Shown here: one piece after another, positions 56,974-64,000 of the stretch
How the letters are laid out: each line of letters opens with the position of its first letter
Position numbering within the stretch: the stretch's first letter is position 1
NCBI GenBank assembly: GCA_047974375.1
Contig: JBKECF010000015.1
Location: 50,185 to 114,184, forward strand
DNA: 64,000 bases
DNA from: Lachnospirales bacterium
GTDB lineage: Bacteria > Bacillota > Clostridia > Lachnospirales > CAMZNU01
Direction: 5' to 3'
Program-made: the position numbers and the translations under genes
The notes under the pieces: generated by a model
The model's input: the letters and a program-made list of their open reading frames with translations, nothing else
Database searches by the model: none
Told to the model about the DNA's origin: nothing

Positions 56974-57900
56974 TTATCCTTTTACAGATCCAAGTGTTAG
57001 CCCTTTTACAAAGTATCTTTGTACAAATGGGTACAGAAAAATAATAGGGCCTGTTACCACAACAGTTAATGCCATTTTCATTGATTCAATTGGCACTGTT
57101 TCAACAACTAAGCCTGACTCTGACGCTAGTTCACGTAGAACCTTAGCGTCATTAATTAACTTGTAAAGCTGATATTGTAAGCTATATAAATTGCTTTCAT
57201 TTATAAATAACATGGAATTATACCAATCATTCCAATATGTTAATGCTGTAAAAAGCCCAATAGTAGCAATAACTGGTTTAGAAAGAGGTAATATTAGTTT
57301 TATAAATATTTTAAAGTCACCTGCTCCATCAATTTTAGCCGCCTCTGTCATTTCATAAGGCACACTTGCCATAAATCCTTTTACTAAAAGTATGTTCCAC
57401 ACAGATACAATACCTGGTAAAATCATAGCCCAAACACTATCTTTTAAATTTAAATATTTTACGCACAATATATACCACGGCATTAACCCACCACTAAAAA
57501 GAGTAGTGAAGAAATAAAAAAATGATATTTTGTTCCTCCATTCAAAGTCTTTTCTTTGTAAAACATAACCTGCCATTGTGTTTAAAAATATGCCAAGTGT
57601 CGTGCCAATAGAAGTAACAAATATTGTAACACCATAGGCCCTTAGTATTGTTTTAGGGCTACTAAAAATAGTCATATAGCTCTCTAAAGAAAAATCATAA
57701 GGTATAATACTATATCCATTTCTAATGATATAATTCTCTGAATTAAAGGAAGATCCAATAACAATTAAAAAAGGTATTAAACAAACTAAAGCAAAAGTAA
57801 ATACTATAGGGTATCCTATTAATTTAAAAACGAAAATATCTTTTCCATTATTCATCTTCATATAATTAAAGCCTTTCTTAAAATAATGCATAGTTTTCAT
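56974..57900 (-). CDS. Carbohydrate ABC transporter permease (LplC type)
   Basis: EAA loop MTEAAKIDGAG. Alternative start ATG 57861 (MKMNNGKD) would avoid the overlap with the upstream gene. Confidence 0.82.
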   Translation of the reverse strand: MKTMHYFKKGFNYMKMNNGKDIFVFKLIGYPIVFTFALVCLIPFLIVIGSSFNSENYIIRNGYSIIPYDFSLESYMTIFSSPKTILRAYGVTIFVTSIGTTLGIFLNTMAGYVLQRKDFEWRNKISFFYFFTTLFSGGLMPWYILCVKYLNLKDSVWAMILPGIVSVWNILLVKGFMASVPYEMTEAAKIDGAGDFKIFIKLILPLSKPVIATIGLFTALTYWNDWYNSMLFINESNLYSLQYQLYKLINDAKVLRELASESGLVVETVPIESMKMALTVVVTGPIIFLYPFVQRYFVKGLTLGSVKG

Positions 57901-58801
57901 CTTTTCTTTTAACTATGTAATTTACAATTAATATTGTTATAAAACAAAGTATGGATTGATATAATCCAATAGCAACGGTTTGGCCTATATCTGTTGATGC
58001 AATTGTCATCCTAAATACATATGTATCAATCACATCAGTTTTATCAAACAAAGCTCCATTTTGTCCTACAAGCTGATAAAATAAGTCTAAATTACCCTTA
58101 AATATTTTGCCTATAGCCAAAAGTGTTAATGTAATTATAGTAGGTGTTATACTTGGTAAGGTTATATTTTTTATTCTATGAAAAATATTAGCTCCATCAA
58201 TTTCTGCAGCTTCATACAGTGCTCCATCTACACCTAAAATAGATGCTAAATAAATAACTACACCATATCCAACACCTTTCCATGCTGAAAATGCTACAAT
58301 TATATAGGGCCACCAATTTGGTTCGCCATAGAAATTTATGGGGCTTATTCCTAAAGTTTCCAAAAAATTGTTAATTGTTCCTGTTTCAAAAGAAAATAAA
58401 CTATAACAAATAGCGCCAACTGTTACCCACGAAATAAAATAGGGTAAAAAAATTATGGATTGTGTTCCTTTTTTTAACTTTATTCTTCTCATTTCACTTA
58501 AAATAATAGCTATAAAAATTTCTAAAATTGTATTAACGAATATAAAAATAAAATTATAAAACAAAGTATTTTTTGTAACTAAAAGAGCTTTGCCAGATTG
58601 AAAAAAAAACTTAAAATTATCTAAGCCAACCCAAGGACTCCTAAATAATCCATCTGTGTAATTAAATCTCTTAAAAGCTAATACTAGTCCGCCAATAGGT
58701 AGGTATGCAAAAATAAATAATAAAACTATAGACGGTAACAACATAAGTAGCAAAGTTCTATAGTCGTAAACCTTCTTCAAAAATTTTTTTCCCTTTGTCA
58801 T
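57878..58801 (-). CDS. Carbohydrate ABC transporter permease (LplB type)
   Basis: EAA loop LYEAAEIDGAN, 307 aa. Confidence 0.85.
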   Translation of the reverse strand: MTKGKKFLKKVYDYRTLLLMLLPSIVLLFIFAYLPIGGLVLAFKRFNYTDGLFRSPWVGLDNFKFFFQSGKALLVTKNTLFYNFIFIFVNTILEIFIAIILSEMRRIKLKKGTQSIIFLPYFISWVTVGAICYSLFSFETGTINNFLETLGISPINFYGEPNWWPYIIVAFSAWKGVGYGVVIYLASILGVDGALYEAAEIDGANIFHRIKNITLPSITPTIITLTLLAIGKIFKGNLDLFYQLVGQNGALFDKTDVIDTYVFRMTIASTDIGQTVAIGLYQSILCFITILIVNYIVKRKDENYALF

Positions 58802-58813
58802 AATTACTCCTTT

Positions 58814-60574
58814 CTAGGCTAATATAAATGGTAATTTTACAGTTACACAGGTTCCTTTTCCTAATTGACTTTCATAAATCAGCCCATAACTTTCACCAAA
58901 CATCAATTTAATTCTTTCATTAACATTCTTCACCCCATAACTTCCGTCGCCATTTAAATTAGCTTCATCTTTAAGTATATTCAACAACATATTACTACTC
59001 ATACCAACGCCGTCATCAATTATCTTAATAAAAATGCTATTACTCTCCCTATAACCAATAATACTAATTATTCCTGATTTACTATTTTTTTCACAAATTC
59101 CATGAATGATAGCATTTTCCACCAATGGTTGAAGTATTATTTTAGGAACAACACAGTAGTAAATATTTTCATCAACTTCTTCAATATAGGTAATTTTATT
59201 TTCAAATCTAAGTTTTTGTATTTTGATGTAGCAATTTACATGCATTATTTCTTTTTTTAGTGTTAAATTTTCTTCACCACCATTTAATATAAGCCTATAA
59301 TATTTTGATAGAGCTACAACAGCTATATGTATATCATTTTTTCTATCATTAAAAGTTAACCAATTCAACATATCCAAGGTATTATACAAAAAATGCGGAT
59401 TTATTTGAGATTGTAAGGCTTTTAGCTCAGCACTTTTTAGTTCTATACCTATGTTGTATTTTTCGTCTATTAAATTCTTTGTGTTTCTAATCATTTCATT
59501 ATAATTTTCATATAAAATTCCTAACTCATCCTTTGTGTCGCAGGGTAAATACACGTCTATATCACCATCTTTAACTTGGTTAAAACTTTCATTCAGCAAT
59601 GTTATTTTTCCTACCACCCAAGAAACAATAAGTGCACCTATAATTACTGTTAAAATGCCAAAAAACATTAAAAGTCCCGCTACCTTGTACTGTAAGCCTG
59701 ATATTCCTTGTGTTAAATCGCTTCGCGGAATTATAGTTACCATTTCCCAGTTTGTATTTTTGATTTTATCTCGCAAAAAATAGATTTGCTTTCCAGCTAA
59801 CTTACCTTCCGTAAGTTTTCCAGTAAAATCATATTTTGAATATCCAAATTTATTTAGTGAAATAGGCAGGCTTTCGTAATTTGAGGCTGCTATTATTGTA
59901 TTTTCTTCGTTAACTATAAAGGTAACAGAATTTTCCGTAGGTGTGGCATTGCATAGGATACTAACAATATTCTCTACATCTATATCCATCCTAAGCACAA
60001 AACTTCTCATTTTATAATTATCAATTTTTGTTATATCTCTAACTAAAGCAACGCATCCATCAGTATTTTCTAAATATATATTAGGTGCAAAATATATTTT
60101 TCTATTTCCTTTATTTTTATACCATAGCGAATTAATAGCATCCGATAGATGATAGACATACTTACCATCCTTAAGTAAAGTAAATTTATCATCTACATAA
60201 ATTTTTATGTTAATACCTTGTGCCCCACTTTCCACACTTTGTATATAACTTATTATCTCTTTGTTTAAAAGCATTTGCCTATGTGGATCAGCAGATTTTA
60301 TTAATTCATCTTGTATTATATTTTTCAAATTATTATTTGTTGCAATAACATCTGTCCGCTGAATTAATTCAAATATCTTATAGTTCAAATATTCTTTAGA
60401 TTGTTCATAACCTTGAACTGCTGAATATTGAATTTTCTCTAGCATATGCTTAGAAACCTCAACATAAATAATCATGCTGACAAATATAAGCGGAATAATA
60501 AATAGAGTACTATAAAAAATAGCAAACTTTTGTTTTAATTTAAAATTTCTAAAGCTTTGTTTTAATCTTTTCAT
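58814..60574 (-). CDS. Sensor histidine kinase, YesM-like (two TM helices, HAMP, His_kinase, HATPase)
   Basis: QINPHFLYNTLD H-box of the PF06580 type and a C-terminal ATPase domain (DDGVGM, GLIYESQLGKGT). Confidence 0.85.
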   Translation of the reverse strand: MKRLKQSFRNFKLKQKFAIFYSTLFIIPLIFVSMIIYVEVSKHMLEKIQYSAVQGYEQSKEYLNYKIFELIQRTDVIATNNNLKNIIQDELIKSADPHRQMLLNKEIISYIQSVESGAQGINIKIYVDDKFTLLKDGKYVYHLSDAINSLWYKNKGNRKIYFAPNIYLENTDGCVALVRDITKIDNYKMRSFVLRMDIDVENIVSILCNATPTENSVTFIVNEENTIIAASNYESLPISLNKFGYSKYDFTGKLTEGKLAGKQIYFLRDKIKNTNWEMVTIIPRSDLTQGISGLQYKVAGLLMFFGILTVIIGALIVSWVVGKITLLNESFNQVKDGDIDVYLPCDTKDELGILYENYNEMIRNTKNLIDEKYNIGIELKSAELKALQSQINPHFLYNTLDMLNWLTFNDRKNDIHIAVVALSKYYRLILNGGEENLTLKKEIMHVNCYIKIQKLRFENKITYIEEVDENIYYCVVPKIILQPLVENAIIHGICEKNSKSGIISIIGYRESNSIFIKIIDDGVGMSSNMLLNILKDEANLNGDGSYGVKNVNERIKLMFGESYGLIYESQLGKGTCVTVKLPFILA

Positions 60575-61361
60575 TATTGCATTTCCTTAGATAGTCAGCC
60601 GGAGTTATACCTTCGTGTCTTTTGTATATTTTTATAAAATAGCTACAGTCTGAAAATCCAGATTTAATAGCAACTTTTTTAACTTTCACATATGGATTGC
60701 GTGACATATATTCATTCGCCCATTTTAATCTAGTTTTTGTAATATACCTATTGATGGTTTCTTTTTTTTCTTTTTTAAAAAGCCAACACATATATTGTTT
60801 TGCTAAATTAAATTCCTCAGCTAAAACCGTAAGTGATAAGTCAGCATTAAAAAAATTCTCTTTTATGTAAATTTCTATTCTATCTGCAATTTTCATTGTA
60901 GCTTGCCAGTTATCTTCATCTAGCATTTCTATTCCAACCTTAAAATGTTCTTTATATTCCTTTTCTATTGCTGCTCTTCTATGTTCCTTTTCCAACTGGA
61001 TAATGGATTTTTTTACAGCATTAATTACTTCTAATATTTCAATAGGTTTTTCAATATAATCAACAGCAGAAAGATGAATAGCAGACTTTAAATACGCTTT
61101 GTCACAATAACCACTAATAAATATAAAACGACATTTTTTCCATTTTTTAGAAATTTCAAAAGCCATTGTAATGCCGTCCATTCTTGCCATTCTTACATCT
61201 GTTAATATAATATCTGGTTTAAGTTCCATTGCCATATTTAACCCTTGCTCACCATCTTCAGCTGTATATACTTCTGATACGCCAAGGGTATTCCATGGTA
61301 TATTATTTTTCATTCCTAATCTAGTTAATTCCTCGTCGTCAACTAACAAAACTCTCACCAT
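60549..61361 (-). CDS. Response regulator, YesN-like (CheY receiver plus AraC-type HTH)
   Basis: MVRVLLVDDEE...DIILTDVRM receiver domain and a C-terminal AraC HTH. Start is ATG 61361; the track start adds 11 residues. Confidence 0.85.
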   Translation of the reverse strand: MVRVLLVDDEELTRLGMKNNIPWNTLGVSEVYTAEDGEQGLNMAMELKPDIILTDVRMARMDGITMAFEISKKWKKCRFIFISGYCDKAYLKSAIHLSAVDYIEKPIEILEVINAVKKSIIQLEKEHRRAAIEKEYKEHFKVGIEMLDEDNWQATMKIADRIEIYIKENFFNADLSLTVLAEEFNLAKQYMCWLFKKEKKETINRYITKTRLKWANEYMSRNPYVKVKKVAIKSGFSDCSYFIKIYKRHEGITPADYLRKCNNEKIKTKL

Positions 61362-61655
61362 AACGCCACCACTCCCCATTGTGTACTTGCACAATAAATT
61401 ATATCAGTTAACTATTAGTATATTCATTATATCACTTTAATCATTTGCACAATATAGTATATTATTAATATTACATATTAAATATTTAAGATTTATGCAA
61501 TATTTATACATATTTAACTCAAGTAACATTATGAATTTAATTTACTACCTGAAAAATTTATGTACTTTTCTGAAAAATTTATATATTACATAGAAAAAAA
61601 TTTATATTAAAATACTAATAAGTGTTTTAAAAAATTATAGTTAGGATGGTGAATT

Positions 61656-63599
61656 ATGTTAGTAAATACAAAAAACTCTCCCATGGCAAAAGTAATTCCA
61701 TTGGAGTGGGATAAAGTTAATTGGAACTCTGGGTTATGGAAAGAAGTTCACAATACTTTACGTGATACAACTGTTCCACATTTACAAACCATGTTTGAAA
61801 GCAAAGATATAAGCCATGTTTTAGAAAATTTTCGTATTTGTGCAGGTATTACTGAAGGTGAACATGAGGGTACTGTATTTGGTGATGGAGATTTTTATAA
61901 GTGGATGGAAAGTGCAATTTACATAGCAGGAAAAGAAAATAACAATGCTATGTTAAACAAAATTGATGAATATATTGATTTAATAAGACGAACACAATTG
62001 GAAGATGGTTACATTTCCACAAAACAAATAATAGGAGAAAAAACTGGTAAAAGTAAAAGACTAGGCGATATAAATGAATTTGAAGTTTATAATATGGGAC
62101 ATCTTTTTACTTCTGCTGCCTTGCACTTTAATATTACTGGAAAAAGAAACTTCCTAGACATAGCTGAAAAAGCTGCCATGTATCTTAAAAAAATGTACGA
62201 AGAAGCAAAAAAAGTTGGAGAAGCTCAAACAGCTGTTTGTCCTTCCCACTATATGGGATTAATGGAACTTTATAGAGCTACGGAAAATAAAATTTACCTA
62301 GAGCTTGCAAAACTTGCAATAGAAGTTAGAGATATGGTAAAAAAAGGGTTAGATGATAATCAAGATAAAATCCCTTTAAAAGATCATAGAGAAATTGTAG
62401 GTCACGCTGTTCGTGCTAATTATTTATACGGTGGTCTATCAGACTTATTACTAGAAATCGAAGATGAAGAATATGCTAAAGTAATCGAAAGTGTGTATAA
62501 GGATCTTATATCAAGTAAGATATATATAACAGGTGGATGCGGCGCTTTGTATAATGGAACATCACCCTATGGTAATTTTTTTCATGATGATAAAGTACAT
62601 CAGGCTTACGGGTACCATTATCAATTACCAAATGTTACTGCATACAACGAAACTTGTGCCAACATTGGTCTTGTAATGTGGTGCTATAGAATGTTTCTGA
62701 AAGATCCAAAAAGTCAGTATATGGATTTAATAGAAAAAGTTATGCTTAATGTAAATTTAGCAGCTATAAACTTTGATGGAAATAAATACTTTTATCAAAA
62801 TGCTCTAAGACGTACCAAAGATTTACCCTATGAACTTATATGGCCTCTAACACGAAGTGAATATATTTTGAGTTATTGTTGTCCTCCGAATTTAGCAAGA
62901 AATTTATCTCAATCAAGTGAATACATATACACGAAATCCGAGGATACATTGTATACTGGCTTATATGGAAGTAGTACAGGTGAGATACATCTTGATTCTA
63001 CTTCATTTAATATTGAGCAAGTTACTAATTACCCGTACGATGGTAAAATATTATTTAATATTAATAATATAAGGAGAGATGGTAATTTCTCTATTAAATT
63101 CCGTATACCAAACTGGGTTACTCAAGGTTATATAGAATATGAGAATAAAAAAATAGATATTTCCAACTCCCACGGATATGTTAACATCGACTTTAAAACA
63201 AAAGATGATTTTCAATTAGAGCTTAATTTTAAATTTATGCCTCAAATTATTGTTAGTCATCCCTATGTTGAAGAAACAACTTTTCAAGGTGCAATAGAAT
63301 ACGGTCCGTTAATTTATTGTTTAGAAGGATTAGACTCCAAAATAGAAACAATAGATAAACTTATGATTCCTAATAACCTAAAATTTAAGTCAATTGAAAT
63401 AGAAATTGCTAATAAAAAAATAACAGCATTAGAAGGCGATATGGTAGTGCTTGAAACAGAAAAAAATAATTCACTATATAAACCTCTTGGATTACACAAA
63501 TTGAACACAACTACTGTTAAAATGATTCCATATTTCGCTTGGGATAATCGAGAATTTTCTGAAATGAAAATTTGGTTTCCTATATATTTTAATATTTAA
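61656..63599 (+). CDS. GH127 (DUF1680) beta-L-arabinofuranosidase family protein
   Basis: 647 aa with GHAVRANYLYGG, YNETCANIG and the cysteine motif YCCPPNLARN characteristic of GH127. Confidence 0.8.
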   Translation: MLVNTKNSPMAKVIPLEWDKVNWNSGLWKEVHNTLRDTTVPHLQTMFESKDISHVLENFRICAGITEGEHEGTVFGDGDFYKWMESAIYIAGKENNNAMLNKIDEYIDLIRRTQLEDGYISTKQIIGEKTGKSKRLGDINEFEVYNMGHLFTSAALHFNITGKRNFLDIAEKAAMYLKKMYEEAKKVGEAQTAVCPSHYMGLMELYRATENKIYLELAKLAIEVRDMVKKGLDDNQDKIPLKDHREIVGHAVRANYLYGGLSDLLLEIEDEEYAKVIESVYKDLISSKIYITGGCGALYNGTSPYGNFFHDDKVHQAYGYHYQLPNVTAYNETCANIGLVMWCYRMFLKDPKSQYMDLIEKVMLNVNLAAINFDGNKYFYQNALRRTKDLPYELIWPLTRSEYILSYCCPPNLARNLSQSSEYIYTKSEDTLYTGLYGSSTGEIHLDSTSFNIEQVTNYPYDGKILFNINNIRRDGNFSIKFRIPNWVTQGYIEYENKKIDISNSHGYVNIDFKTKDDFQLELNFKFMPQIIVSHPYVEETTFQGAIEYGPLIYCLEGLDSKIETIDKLMIPNNLKFKSIEIEIANKKITALEGDMVVLETEKNNSLYKPLGLHKLNTTTVKMIPYFAWDNREFSEMKIWFPIYFNI

Positions 63600-63672
63600 A
63601 GCTACAATAAATAGAGCTACGGTAAATGAAAAATTCCATACCTTACCATAGCTCATCATACTTAGCCATTTA

Positions 63673-63778
63673 ATCGGTAAGAGTTAGACACTCGCCTCAA
63701 TGTATAATAGTGACGGGACAGTCTAATTCGCCGTTTAGCTGGGGTACAATCCCACACTAACGGATAGGTCTATCGACT
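63673..63778 (+). repeat. Copy 3 of the structured dispersed element
   Basis: 87/106 identical to copy 1 (gapless). Lies ~70 nt downstream of the GH127 stop on the same strand. Confidence 0.75.
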
Positions 63779-63917
63779 TATTCCTTAATAACACTCTCTA
63801 TTTCTTCTTTGGAATATTTTTTGTATTTTCTTCAACATTATCATCGTCATTCATTTGTTCAAAATACTCTTCTAAACTTATCGTCTATTTTTTTATTCTA
63901 TCTTTTATCTTAATCTA

Positions 63918-63946
63918 TTAATAATTTGATTTTGTTATGTTATAAT
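63918..63946 (+). promoter_or_regulatory. Candidate promoter for the ORF starting at 63976
   Basis: TTAATA, 17 nt spacer, TG-n-TATAAT. Confidence 0.4.
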
Positions 63947-63975
63947 ACCTAAAAAGTTTTGAAAAAGGGGATAAA

Positions 63976-64000
63976 ATGTTATCTATTAAAAGTGAAAAAT
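63976..64000 (+). CDS. Start of an unidentified ORF truncated by the right window edge
   Basis: AAAGGGG RBS followed by ATG (MLSIKSEK...). Only 8 codons are visible. Confidence 0.3.

Overview
AT-rich, low-GC Firmicute (Clostridia-like) chromosome segment. It is mostly core metabolism and carbohydrate uptake, interrupted by decayed insertion sequences and two unclassified repeat families.

Gene content, left to right:
- purE-purK-purL purine operon (minus strand) behind a guanine riboswitch. purL is open at the window edge and absent from the ORF track.
- Divergent IMP dehydrogenase gene.
- IS66-like remnant.
- rnfCDGEAB.
- L-serine dehydratase sdaAB/sdaAA.
- Glycoside hydrolase plus a sugar ABC operon.
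- A repeat array carrying an internally deleted IS1182-type element.
- rpsP-ffh-ylxM.
- Peptide/nickel-type ABC transporter.
- yabO(rqcP)-divIC.
- LacI regulator, VanZ, two cupins.
- NMT1/THI5-type ABC transporter.
- IS debris.
- A 9.7 kb gene for a 3246-aa SLH-anchored surface protein.
- dnaD-like gene and gltX, capA, an AraC regulator.
- GH42 beta-galactosidase with a sugar ABC operon.
- A sugar-acid kinase fused to a BKACE-like domain.
- LplABC-type transporter with a YesMN-type two-component system.
- GH127.

No tRNA, rRNA, CRISPR array, reverse transcriptase or recognisable defence genes were seen.

Most noteworthy observations:
1. The giant modular S-layer-anchored protein, with a putative 7-bladed propeller head and two tandem ~880-aa super-repeats, flanked by an IS graveyard.
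2. A three-copy ~100-nt dispersed element with a conserved hairpin and alternative pairing boxes.
3. A second repeat family, with an IS inserted into one copy and a visible target-site duplication.
4. The kinase-BKACE fusion.

All calls come from hand translation and motif recognition. No database search was possible.
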